Below, piece after piece: positions 19,654-29,874 of a stretch of 64,000 nucleotides of DNA. The notes under the pieces were generated by a model that was not told the origin of the DNA, did not search any database, and saw only the letters and a list, made by a program, of their open reading frames with translations. This DNA comes from Candidatus Heimdallarchaeum endolithica (lineage in GTDB: Archaea > Asgardarchaeota > Heimdallarchaeia > Heimdallarchaeales > Heimdallarchaeaceae): the NCBI GenBank assembly GCA_021513715.1, contig CP084167.1, positions 2,688,001 through 2,752,000 of the forward strand. The letters run 5' to 3'. Made by a program: the position numbers and the translations under genes. Within the stretch, counting starts at the first letter, position 1, and each line of letters begins with the position of its first letter.

Positions 19654-20585
19654 CATGGAAGAAAATCTGACCAAAGTTGGGACTTTGTTGAAAAAGCGAG
19701 TACCTATGATCCAATTCTGATGATTACAGAAGGTACAAGAATTCAGGAACAGACAAATGTAACAGAACAAAAACTAGAAGAAAGTTTGAAGGATACAATT
19801 AAAAACATCAGTGAGTTAGCAGTTGCTTCTTTTCCCGTAAGAGATTTTGATAGAATGCAGTCTTTCATTAATGCTGGAAAGGAAAATGAGAGAGAACTCG
19901 TAATAAGTACACGACAAGCTTTTACTTTGGATATTTTGAATAGAGAAAAAATAGAAAATGCTCCTAAACTAAATGAAGTTAAAGTTTTTCTTCCAAATAA
20001 AGGCTGGGGAATATATGATAATTCTAATTATCCTATTGAAATTCAGATGCAGGATTATACTACTTGGGAAAGAAAAATAATGGATAAGTCATCTACAATT
20101 ACAGCTGCTGAAATAAGAGAAAAACAAAGAAATTATGTGTTAAGGGTAGAACCTACAGAATTAAAATATTTACTTGATATTAAACCAAAAACAGGTTCAA
20201 GATACATTCGTTCTTTAACAGAGCCTGTGGATGAAGAGATGGTGATACAACAACAGAAAATGGATAATTGGTTAAAGTTCTTCGATCTTTATCCATATGA
20301 ACAACTGCATTGCTCTGGGCATACCTCAGGAAAAGAACTAGTTCAAATGATAAAGACTATTAGTCCTAAAAAAATCATTCCAATACATACAGAGAAAGCG
20401 AGAGATTTTATTAAAACATTTGAAAATGTAATTATTGTAGACGAAGGTGTCAAAATAACGATAAAATAGACTTTATAGTTCTATTTGGGTTAAATTGCTT
20501 TTCTTTACTTTATTAAAATACTATTAAAAGGTCTCCTATTATATTACTACAAAAAAGTAATAAATGAGAAATAATTTGTTCTTAT

Positions 20586-22112
20586 ATGACAAATCAATAT
20601 GATATAATAATAGTCGGTTCCGGATTAGGAGGTTTAGTGGCAGGAGCTAAGCTAGCCAAAGAAGGAAAAAAAGTATTACTAATTGAGCAACACTCAGTTG
20701 TAGGAGGATGTTCGTCAACTTTTACTCGTAAAGGCTTTACAGTTGATGTTGGTTTGCATCAAATTGATGGAATAGATGAATATGATGAAAAGATGCACTA
20801 TTTTGAAGAACTTGGTGTTTATGAAAGTATTGAGTTTGTTAAACATGGAGACGAATTCTATCGATTTGTAAATGATAGAATCGATGTAATTATCCCTGAT
20901 AACGTTGAGAAAGCAATCAAAGTATTAACTGAACAATTTCCAGAAGATGAAAAAGCAATTAATGATTATTTCAATACTTTGCTTTCAGTGTATAAAGAGA
21001 TACATTCCCTTCCTAAAAACAAGTTTAAACTTTTCCTAATAATGCCATTGTTTCCCATGCTCTATCCTTCAATTGTCAAGTGGTCCAAGAAAACTGTAGG
21101 TGAATTTATTGATAGTTTAGAAATAAAAAATGACGATCTTAAACTAGCATTACTTGGAAATATTCAATATTACGCTGATGACCCATATAAATTATCTATG
21201 CTCTACTACTCTGCTGCACAGGGCTCATATTTTGTAAAAGGAGCATATTATCTAAAAGGAGGTTCACAGAAACTATCTAATCATTTTGCTAAAGTAATTA
21301 CTGACAATAACGGTGAAATAATTCTCTCCCATATGGTTGATAAGATAATTATTAAAGGGAAAAGAGCTGTAGGTGTAGAGTATTTCCCAAAAAGAAAACC
21401 TGATGAACGAAATCAAGCATTTGCAAAACATATTGTCGCAAATGCAGCTGTTCCTAACGTAATGGAAATGTTACCTAAAAAACAAAAAAAGATTTTGGAA
21501 AAAATTTTCAAAGACATGGAAATTGCACACTCACACTATTCTCTTTATCTTGGATTTAGTAAACCATTGAAGGAGATAGGAAATAAATGCTTTGCAACAA
21601 TGATATGGCCACCTGATATTAAAACACCTGCAGATATAGGAAAAAGTTTGGAGTGGCCTTTCACCAAAAGAAGAATGAGTATAACAGACTATAGTCAATT
21701 AGATAGTGGAATGGCAATTCCAGGAAAAAGTGTAGCAATTATCTCTGGAACAGATATATTAGACGATTGGGAAAAACTTTCTAAAGATGAGTATAAAAAA
21801 AGGAAAGAGCAGGTCACAGAAGAGCTAATAGAAAGATTGGAGAAACTCATTCCTGGAGTGAAAGAACACATAGAATGGAAAAATTTTGCTACACCAAGTA
21901 CTATTAAATGTTTCACCTTGAATCCTAACGGAACAGCATATGGGTATGCCCAACTTCCTTCACAATCGACAAGTAAAAGACCAGGAAATAAAAGCCCAAT
22001 AAAAGGCTTATGGTTTGCAAGTGCGTGGGTTTTTCCAGGAGGAGGATTTACACCTTCAATGACCTCTGGATACAATTGTGCTCTTAAAATATTAAAAGAA
22101 ATGAGCAAATAG
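20586..22112 (+). CDS. Phytoene desaturase / retinol saturase family FAD oxidoreductase
   Basis: GSGLGGL dinucleotide fold, EQH..VGG, DVGLH, ATP.T...FT.N..GT.YG, FPGGG. Confidence 0.88.
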   Translation: MTNQYDIIIVGSGLGGLVAGAKLAKEGKKVLLIEQHSVVGGCSSTFTRKGFTVDVGLHQIDGIDEYDEKMHYFEELGVYESIEFVKHGDEFYRFVNDRIDVIIPDNVEKAIKVLTEQFPEDEKAINDYFNTLLSVYKEIHSLPKNKFKLFLIMPLFPMLYPSIVKWSKKTVGEFIDSLEIKNDDLKLALLGNIQYYADDPYKLSMLYYSAAQGSYFVKGAYYLKGGSQKLSNHFAKVITDNNGEIILSHMVDKIIIKGKRAVGVEYFPKRKPDERNQAFAKHIVANAAVPNVMEMLPKKQKKILEKIFKDMEIAHSHYSLYLGFSKPLKEIGNKCFATMIWPPDIKTPADIGKSLEWPFTKRRMSITDYSQLDSGMAIPGKSVAIISGTDILDDWEKLSKDEYKKRKEQVTEELIERLEKLIPGVKEHIEWKNFATPSTIKCFTLNPNGTAYGYAQLPSQSTSKRPGNKSPIKGLWFASAWVFPGGGFTPSMTSGYNCALKILKEMSK

Positions 22113-22168
22113 ACTAACTTTTTCTTTTATTACTATTTTTTACTTTTTTTAGCTTAAAAAATAGAAAG

Positions 22169-23182
22169 TTAATAGTCTTCGAATTTTAGTTTATACACAG
22201 TTAGAAAATTATTCTCGCTTAAAAAACTAATAATTTCGATGAAATCAACAAAATTATCTACAGAATTTTGTTCCATGAATATGTCTTTTATCGTCTTTGT
22301 AATATTGTTAACACATAATTCTAATATTGTTCTCTGATGTTTTACATCTTGAATGTCATCTGAATTCATCTTTTGATAATTTGTTTCAATATATTTAATG
22401 AAGTCTTGAATCTGTTGTTCATTACTTATTGGTAGTGAAATAGTCATGTGAAGTATAAGAGCCAACTTTAATAAAGCCAGTTCATCTGCTTTTGAAGTGA
22501 TGTTGAGATCTAAATATTCAGCAATATATGGCATTATTTCTTCATCTAGTGTCACAACGGATTCTAGTTCATTCGCAAGTTCCTGAATCCATCTACGTAC
22601 ATCATCATAGGGGAAAGAACGAATTTTTTCTTTTTTCTTTTTCTTCCTCCACTGATTGTAAACTTCTTGTGCAGTTTCTTTTTTAAGATAAAGGTCAATT
22701 TCAAGAAAACCTAATCTGGATATAACATGAATATGTTTTTCTCCATCTTGCTTTGCTATCTTAAAAATAGTGTTTCTTAATCTATCTTTGATTGTTAGAC
22801 CTTCTATTTTCTTAAAAGTGGACAAAAATGTTTTTACTACTTTTTCCACAAAAGTTTTTGATTGTGGTAGTGGAATGTTAAAGACTAAAAAAGGATTCTC
22901 ATTATTATTTTTCTCTGTGAGATCTCTATCAGGTTCGTAACCAGCATGGGTAGCTTTAACGCGTGCTTGAGAACGAACAACAAGATTGTTATCAATAAAA
23001 CAAATTATAGATGAAAATTCATCATTAATGCAACGATGAATGTCGATATACTGAGAAAGTGCTCCTTCTTTTTCACTTTTAATTAAGAGTTTAGGAATTA
23101 TTAATTTTCTCCTTTTTTTACAGTAATTACACTGATAGTGAATTAAAGTAATTGTCTCTGAAGCTTGTTTCAATATTATCAA
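22169..23182 (-). CDS. Hypothetical protein with N-terminal CxxC...HxC putative zinc site
   Basis: 337 aa ORF containing CNYC...DIHRC...FIDNNLVVRSQ. Confidence 0.7.
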   Translation of the reverse strand: MIILKQASETITLIHYQCNYCKKRRKLIIPKLLIKSEKEGALSQYIDIHRCINDEFSSIICFIDNNLVVRSQARVKATHAGYEPDRDLTEKNNNENPFLVFNIPLPQSKTFVEKVVKTFLSTFKKIEGLTIKDRLRNTIFKIAKQDGEKHIHVISRLGFLEIDLYLKKETAQEVYNQWRKKKKKEKIRSFPYDDVRRWIQELANELESVVTLDEEIMPYIAEYLDLNITSKADELALLKLALILHMTISLPISNEQQIQDFIKYIETNYQKMNSDDIQDVKHQRTILELCVNNITKTIKDIFMEQNSVDNFVDFIEIISFLSENNFLTVYKLKFEDY

Positions 23183-23746
23183 GCAATTTTACACTACATT
23201 TCTTTAAAATTTTTTGGGTATCGTAAAATTTGTTGTAAGAATAATTGTATTGAAGAGTTAGTATAGTCTTTTTATAATAACCTGTTTTGCTGCTTAGGTT
23301 ATCAAGAGATTAAAGATCTATTTTCTCCTTTGAAAGACAGTGTATGAAAAAAGTACGTAAAAAAGTAAATAATAATGAATTAACGCCTTCAAAACCAAAG
23401 CATCTAGTTTTCTCTGTTTTATCTTTATTGATTTTATTCAGTAAGTTGACAGAAACTTTTCACTGAAATTTTGAATAGCAATAATAGCTTAAATAGATTA
23501 ATAGGGGAAAAATAGGTTATTCAACTAGTGACAATAGTTTCTTTTTTAAAATATTTTAAATTTTTTAAGTTATTTAATTTTGATATTTATTCCAAAATTT
23601 TAAAACCTTCAGTACGTTTTCAAATGACTTTTTTACATTTTATACTTAGTTTTTCCTATTATTTTAATTATTTTTCTATTCTAAATTAAAATCTTATTTT
23701 CTATAAAAAATTATTTTCTATATTTAATTTCTTTAAGAGTTTGAAA

Positions 23747-24560
23747 ATGCATCTAAATACACAACAAAGTAGACTATCAATAATAAAAAACAAAATATCT
23801 GACTCTTCTAAAGCTTTAGGGATAATATACATTATTATTGGTTTATCTGGATTTATTTCTTATTTATTTTTATATGCAGGTCAGCACTTTTTGTTAAATT
23901 TTTAAATCTTGATTATCTATTTGTTTCTCTTTTTTTAGTTTCTATATTTCCTATGAGTTGAAATTTTACTTAATTTCTTCAGGACTCTCCCCAACCAATC
24001 AACAAACTTAGCGAAAGTTGTGAAGACTGGCTTAAGAGAACATGAAAGACACAGTCTTAATTAAGTTCTCTAAGGGGTTCATCTCCTGATCCCGGGCACT
24101 CATAACTCCCAAAGGGAAAACCAGGTGTCGTAGGAATGAAACCTACGTCTTTAAGCATTTAGCTCAAGACACTAGATAAATGAGAATTAAATATATAAAG
24201 ATAGCTGAAAAGTTGTGACACTCCCCAATATTTTGTATTTTTTATTTAAGCAAATGTGTTTCAGGTTGTTATTGGTCTAATAACTCCACAAACTAAAAAT
24301 TTAGTTTTTACGTAAAAAAGTATCTTATGAATTAAGTAGTGATACAAAGAAGATAGGTAATACTTTTGGAATGTCTACTATGCAAAACAACTTTGTGCAA
24401 CCAACTAATTTGCAAACTGGAATCTTGATCTTTCGATTAAAGAAAAAGTTGTCTATGCGGCTAATGAGACAAAGATTGCTTTTTAGAAAAATCCATAGGC
24501 TGCAAATCCTAAATCAATGGTTTTAGAAGTAAGAGATAAAAAAATTGACCAGATAGATAA
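23747..24560 (+). pseudogene. Decayed paralog of the 44082..45188 membrane/zinc-ribbon protein, with its centre replaced by foreign DNA
   Basis: 23747-23954 reads MHLNTQQSRLSIIKNKISDSSKALGII.... 24325-24555 matches ...VYADNETKIAF...NPKSMVLEVRDKKIDQ. Both parts carry stops and frameshifts. Confidence 0.85.
23978..24175 (-). ncRNA. Candidate structured ncRNA (three-way junction + pseudoknot)
   Basis: GC-richer, ORF-free segment with several perfect stems. A TATA box (CTTTATATAT, minus strand 24200-24191) lies just upstream of the first stem. Confidence 0.5.
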
Positions 24561-24645
24561 AAAAGTATATCATTTAAATATGTTCAATTTTGATTAGAGA
24601 AGGTTTTTATTTTATTAGAACATTAGATATTTTTAGTGCATTATT

Positions 24646-25398
24646 ATGTATTCTAGTGACTCTCAAAGCAAGTTGGAAATTTCTAAACAAAAAATTTCCA
24701 AATCATCTTTAGTTTTAGGGATTTCATATATTTTCATCGGAATTATTGTTCTTACTGCCACTATACTCTTTTATCTTGGTTTTTTCGCAATTTACAATCT
24801 TTATATTTGGGATATTTACTTTGTTTCCCTTGTACTAGTTTTGTTTATTTACGCGATTATTGTAATATTCAAATCTATTTACTTTTTTAAGCTATCTCGA
24901 GGTTATGATGATTTTTCTTCAGAACTTTCTTCTCTTAGAAATTTACATATTGGTGCTGCTAAAGATGCCAGTAAATATATTAAAATAGGAACTATTTGTG
25001 AATTAATTCTTACTTTTCTCTTTCCTTTGATTGTTTTTGTAATATTGTTTTTACCTTTATTCTTTAACATATTTCTAATACCCTTTGTTTTCTTTACTTT
25101 AGGATTTATTGAGATTAGAAGTGTGTTTAGTCAATTAAGTAAACATGAGTTCTATAGTGGCAAATTTGCAAATTTTCTTTTATATTCGAGAATTAGTGTG
25201 TTTATAGCTTTTTCTTTCTATATCTATAGCGCAATTGGGTTTTTAGATGAAATGATTTCAGAGGCTTTTACTGGTACTTTCAATGATTCTTTTCTGATCT
25301 GGATATTAGTTGCTGGAATCATACTCTTTATTTCTCAAGTTCTTCTAGCAAAGGGATTCTACGATTTGAGTAAAGATACTCGTCGCATTACAATATAA
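24646..25398 (+). CDS. Multi-pass membrane protein (paralog family with 25524 and 44082)
   Basis: About 6 TM; shared ISKSS.VLG, FFKL..G..D.S.EL, N.LLYSR and DSFLIW motifs. Confidence 0.8.
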   Translation: MYSSDSQSKLEISKQKISKSSLVLGISYIFIGIIVLTATILFYLGFFAIYNLYIWDIYFVSLVLVLFIYAIIVIFKSIYFFKLSRGYDDFSSELSSLRNLHIGAAKDASKYIKIGTICELILTFLFPLIVFVILFLPLFFNIFLIPFVFFTLGFIEIRSVFSQLSKHEFYSGKFANFLLYSRISVFIAFSFYIYSAIGFLDEMISEAFTGTFNDSFLIWILVAGIILFISQVLLAKGFYDLSKDTRRITI

Positions 25399-25523
25399 AA
25401 TAGCTAAAAATTCTTGGAACTATCTCCCTATAGATTATTTTTTTTAATTTAGCAATTCTTACAGACCGTGTGTTTAATTTAAAAAACTTTTAATTCTAGT
25501 ATGTCTCTTCAGTTATAATTAAA

Positions 25524-26489
25524 ATGCAAAACAATTTTGGATTTGTTAAACTAGAATTTATTACGCAAGAGATCTCCAAAACATCAAAGGTTTTAAGTAG
25601 TATTCAATTATTTATAGGATTACCCATCATTACTTTTTATATGAAGTTATATCTTGATTTTTCATCCTTTATAGGAGACTCTATTGATATATCACTAAAA
25701 ATCATACCTTTTTTCTTTCTAATTATTCTTCCTTTAGCCCTTTATGTAGTTAGAATCTTATACATTTTTAAGCTTGCAAATAGTTTTACAGAACTTTCAA
25801 AATTATTTTATTACGACCCTGCTTTTCAAAGAAATAGAATTAAATCTGTTAGTAAATTTATAAGATTAGGAATGATTAGTGAAATTATAACTATAGTAAT
25901 TTCACCTATTCTGTTTGTAATTATATTTTTCGTATCTGTTTTTCTCTCATCAATTATATTCTTTTTACCAAATATTTTCTTCCTGATTGGATTTTTAGGA
26001 ATATCTAAAACTTTTGACCAATTAAAAGAAATAAATCTATACAAGGGTAAGTTTAGAAATTGGCTGTTATATTCCCAAATTAGTTTTATTATCACCTCAA
26101 TGTTAAGCATGTATGGTGGGGGTAAAATGTGGTCATCTATATTGATTTGGGGATTATCAGGAGAAGAAGTTCTAGATGACTCTTTTCTAATTTGGTTTTT
26201 AATAGCTGGAATTTTAGTTTCTTTAGGTTATCTTCTAAATACTATAGGTTTTTTTAAGTTAGGTATAGAAATGAGAAAAATTCACATATCTAACGAAAAT
26301 TCAGATTTTGTAAAGAGTAGAATAAATACAATTAATCCACAAAAAGTTGAAAATCAACTATCAGAGCCTTTAATTGTTAAAAACAACATTCAAGCAAAAA
26401 CATCCAAGTCTAAATATTGCCCAAATTGTGGCGCAATAAACGATTATGATGCAGTATTTTGTACTAATTGTGGTGCAAGTTTTGAATAA
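25524..26489 (+). CDS. Multi-pass membrane protein with C-terminal double zinc ribbon
   Basis: Same family; ends KYCPNCG..ND.DA.FCTNCG. Confidence 0.85.
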   Translation: MQNNFGFVKLEFITQEISKTSKVLSSIQLFIGLPIITFYMKLYLDFSSFIGDSIDISLKIIPFFFLIILPLALYVVRILYIFKLANSFTELSKLFYYDPAFQRNRIKSVSKFIRLGMISEIITIVISPILFVIIFFVSVFLSSIIFFLPNIFFLIGFLGISKTFDQLKEINLYKGKFRNWLLYSQISFIITSMLSMYGGGKMWSSILIWGLSGEEVLDDSFLIWFLIAGILVSLGYLLNTIGFFKLGIEMRKIHISNENSDFVKSRINTINPQKVENQLSEPLIVKNNIQAKTSKSKYCPNCGAINDYDAVFCTNCGASFE

Positions 26490-26725
26490 TTGTAACGAAA
26501 TTGTAAATATCTAAAAAATTGTGTTGTTAAAGAAAAAAAAGTAAAGGAAATTATGTTATCTTTAGGGAATAGAAATTAATAACAGCTTTAATGATATTTC
26601 TCTTATTTCTTAGGATGTACAAGTTTCATTTATATGTTTGTTACTAAAAGCTCTAATTTTGACAGCCTAAGCATTATTAAATGGAAAAATGTTTATTTAA
26701 TAGAATTATTTATTTTAAATCTAGG

Positions 26726-27508
26726 TTATTGTGTTATTTTTCCTACAGGTGATAAATAAACAACAAACTCATCTTCACCGTCTAGTTCTAGTAACTCATC
26801 AGCTACTTGCTGATTATAAGCAGCAATAGCGCATGTTCCAATGTCTATTGATTCACAAGCGAGATATAGGTTTTGACATATATGTCCTGCTTCGATAGCT
26901 ATTACTTTGCTTGAAGTTATGCTGTATCTCCATTCCATTCTATAGGGTGTAGTTGCCCAGAGAAAAATAACTGCTCCTTTCAAGATAAATTTTTGACCTA
27001 CGAGTTTATCTAACTTGTTTTTATTTATCTCGCTTTTATCTTTGAAAAACAATAGTTTATGCTCTATTGGGAGATATCTGTAGATTCCTGGAACTAAGCC
27101 TTCTACCCTGTTGATAATTAAGTAAGTCTCGTAAGGATGTCTCATACCTCCTGATGGAACTACTCTTCTTGTTCCTGCTCCGTGATGTTTAGTTAATTCT
27201 AAAACTCCTTGAGTAGCCCAAAGTAAATAGGACAATTCGTCAAGTGATAAAGGGTCTTCAGTAAAAGATCTGTGGCTTTTTCTTTTTTTCAAAAGATCAA
27301 TTAAGTTGTAATTTTTATTTAAAGTAATATCATCTATTGAGACTAAATCAATTATTTTTCCATCTTTTGAATAAGGTTTTTCTAAAGGTGGATTAGGAAC
27401 GCCTTTTTGCTGGTCAGTTTGAAAGCCTTCGGGAAACTTTTCCATATCTTCGTCAAAAACCTTTAAGATTCTCCTGTGCTTTAAAATTGTTTTTCTATCG
27501 AATGACAT
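26726..27508 (-). CDS. SagB/ThcOx-family nitroreductase
   Basis: RKSHRSF, LSYLLWATQG, RVVPSGG..HP, IEAGHICQNLYL. Confidence 0.92.
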   Translation of the reverse strand: MSFDRKTILKHRRILKVFDEDMEKFPEGFQTDQQKGVPNPPLEKPYSKDGKIIDLVSIDDITLNKNYNLIDLLKKRKSHRSFTEDPLSLDELSYLLWATQGVLELTKHHGAGTRRVVPSGGMRHPYETYLIINRVEGLVPGIYRYLPIEHKLLFFKDKSEINKNKLDKLVGQKFILKGAVIFLWATTPYRMEWRYSITSSKVIAIEAGHICQNLYLACESIDIGTCAIAAYNQQVADELLELDGEDEFVVYLSPVGKITQ

Positions 27509-27603
27509 AATTCTAAAAAAGAATGCACCTTTAAATAATTATTCAAAACTGAAAAAAAACTGGTTTTAAGTTAATCTTTTTTCTAAATTTTAAATGTGTA
27601 TTT

Positions 27604-28359
27604 TTAGCTTAGTAACGCTTTTATTAATGTAATCAGAGCGAAAATAACCACAATAGTCGATAGTATTATTTCAAGCATACGAGATTTTGTGTTAATTGAT
27701 GCTAATTTACCTATTCTTACGCCAATAAAAGAACCTAGAAACACAACTAAACCCTCTATCCATAGTATTTCACCGTTTTTCCAGAATATTATTGCTCCAA
27801 CTGTGGAAGTAAAAATTGTTGCAAATAAAGAAGTTCCTATTGCATCTCTAATATCAAATTTTAACGAACGAAGAAAGGGAGGAAATAATGAACCCCCTGA
27901 TCCTCCTCTTAAACCAGTAATAAAGTTTACAATCGCTCCTCCACCAATCAATGATGGAGGATTAGGGTTGAATCTTTCTGCAAGATTAGGCGCAAATTTG
28001 TACATATTTAACCCTATAACTGTAAGTATTGAAACAATGACAAAGAGTACAGCGAGAAGTAGTGTGTTCACTGAATAATGCAAGGCTAGTAAAGTTCCTG
28101 CAACAGTTCCACCTATGCCGCCAATAATTAAGAATATGCCTTGTTTAACTTTTACATTTTTTCGATGTAAAATAACTCCAAAAACAGATGTTAGAGGAAT
28201 TGTAATCAAATTTATTCCATAAGCATTAATTAGTGGGATCCCAATAAGATAAAGTAGGGGTATTCTTACTGACCCTCCCCCTATTCCTAACATTCCACTG
28301 AGCAATCCTGAAAATAATCCTATCAAACCTGCAAGTAATAGTAGTAGCCAATAATCCAT
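27604..28359 (-). CDS. Sulfite exporter TauE/SafE family protein
   Basis: SGMLGIGGG..RIP and second repeat G.RGGSGG..FPP, AIGTSL; about 8 TM. Confidence 0.9.
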   Translation of the reverse strand: MDYWLLLLLAGLIGLFSGLLSGMLGIGGGSVRIPLLYLIGIPLINAYGINLITIPLTSVFGVILHRKNVKVKQGIFLIIGGIGGTVAGTLLALHYSVNTLLLAVLFVIVSILTVIGLNMYKFAPNLAERFNPNPPSLIGGGAIVNFITGLRGGSGGSLFPPFLRSLKFDIRDAIGTSLFATIFTSTVGAIIFWKNGEILWIEGLVVFLGSFIGVRIGKLASINTKSRMLEIILSTIVVIFALITLIKALLS

Positions 28360-28502
28360 TCACAAGCCTTCTTTAATAAACAATAATCTGACGATAGAAA
28401 AAAAACTGGCTCACAATAAAAGACTTTCTAAAGAGCTCCTAATAAATCAGAAAAAAGAAAAAATCTTTAGATTTTCTTTTCAGTTTAACAAATATTTATG
28501 TA

Positions 28503-29675
28503 TTATTTTGTTTTTTTAGATAAAAATAGTTTGCGTCTATATTTGAGAAAGATAACAAAAAAACCAGCTACTATTAACACAGAACCCGTAATTATCCACA
28601 CGTAGACATTCCTTTCAGGAAGATCTTCAAGATGTTCTCCTTTATACCAATGTTTTAAAACTTTTTCAGCTAATTTATTGTGGGGGCTATAACCAGTTGT
28701 ACTTTCATCTTCTGGATTAACTTCCCAATTCCACCAATAAAGACCAGATATCCACGATAAATTTGCAATTGTCTCAAATGTTGCTTCATAACAGAGATAC
28801 TGCTCTCTTTCATCCTTAAAGCCTTTTCTCTCCCAATTCCAGGGGTCCTTATTTGCTCCGTTTAAACTTCTATATCCTATTTCTGTGAAGATTATGTTTC
28901 TGTTGTGTTGAAGTGAAAATGAATGTAATTTGGGAATATAACCTCTCCACCCTTGTTTTAATTGTTCAAGAGTGGGATTAGTTGTATTTGACAAAGGAAA
29001 ATAAGCATTTATTCCAATATAATCTAAATAATCCCAAAATTCTATTTGTTCGTAAATATCGTAGTTTGAAGCATAAGTTATTGGGTTTTTATAAACTTCT
29101 CTTACTGCATTAATAGTTTTAATCCAATTATTTGTATCTGAAATTGTACCGTCAAGTTCACAACCAACAACAAAAAATTCTACTCCTTTATTTTGAGCTA
29201 TTTCGGCCCAGAAAGTTATAAATTCAGTGTATGCTTTAAACCATTCATCAGAAGGTTCTATATACGCTCTCCACTCCCCTGTTCTAAGATCTAGCATCGG
29301 CTTTAATACAACCTTCATATCCTGTTCATGAATTATATCAATATATGAAATAACATCAGAGATATTTACACTATATAAATTATAATCAGGTTCTATAACT
29401 GTAGAAGTTCTATTCTCTTGAAAATACCAAAAACAAAGCACTACCCATTCTGTTCCAGACTCTTTAAGCTCTATGAGTGAGTTGTTGGCTTCTATTTTTT
29501 TCAAAGAGTTGTCTTCCCAAGGAGTTAATGAAAAAGCTTTCTGTATATTTGGTAGCAAGTTAGAGTTACTATTGTTTTTTGAAAAAGAAGTTAATTTTAT
29601 AAAAGGGACATTAAAAAAACTGAAATTAATTAAAAATATCAGTAAAAAAAAAGTAGAAATTTTCCTTTTTCTCAT
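28503..29675 (-). CDS. Membrane-anchored GH113-like glycoside hydrolase
   Basis: Signal peptide, LKPMLD, WR..I, VGCEL (acid/base), TYASN, GINAYFPL, FTEIGY (nucleophile), C-terminal TM. Confidence 0.88.
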   Translation of the reverse strand: MRKRKISTFFLLIFLINFSFFNVPFIKLTSFSKNNSNSNLLPNIQKAFSLTPWEDNSLKKIEANNSLIELKESGTEWVVLCFWYFQENRTSTVIEPDYNLYSVNISDVISYIDIIHEQDMKVVLKPMLDLRTGEWRAYIEPSDEWFKAYTEFITFWAEIAQNKGVEFFVVGCELDGTISDTNNWIKTINAVREVYKNPITYASNYDIYEQIEFWDYLDYIGINAYFPLSNTTNPTLEQLKQGWRGYIPKLHSFSLQHNRNIIFTEIGYRSLNGANKDPWNWERKGFKDEREQYLCYEATFETIANLSWISGLYWWNWEVNPEDESTTGYSPHNKLAEKVLKHWYKGEHLEDLPERNVYVWIITGSVLIVAGFFVIFLKYRRKLFLSKKTK

Positions 29676-29874
29676 AATTAATAAAGTAATGATATTAAAT
29701 AAAAATTCTTTCTTCTATCTCATTAAGTTAAATTGTCTAACTTCTGTGTGTTTTTCATATTTACATAGTGAATGATATCTTTTTGGAAATTAAAAATGCA
29801 GATGAAAATAATTTATATCCCTACGTGAATAGATAATTCAAATAGTATTTGGTATTATCAAAAGAAGGATTTGA

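Larger units (their letters stand above)
17173..20469 (+). pseudogene. MBL-fold/RNase J-like hydrolase, interrupted by a TnpB element and an in-frame stop
   Basis: EIGGNK, LDFG, SHSHIDH, DHS, YTGDIRFH|GRKSD...ITEGT, HCSGH, PIHTE. In-frame TGA at 17383-17385 (probably CGA originally). Insertion at 17813-19653. Confidence 0.9.

Noticed and set aside
19329-19770. ORFs 19329..19625 (+) and 19567..19770 (-)
   Set aside because: Products of the pyrimidine-rich element end and antisense to real coding sequence.
24121-24175. Hammerhead ribozyme or tRNA in the three-way junction
   Set aside because: No CUGANGA/GAAA core in the right places and no cloverleaf or T-loop.
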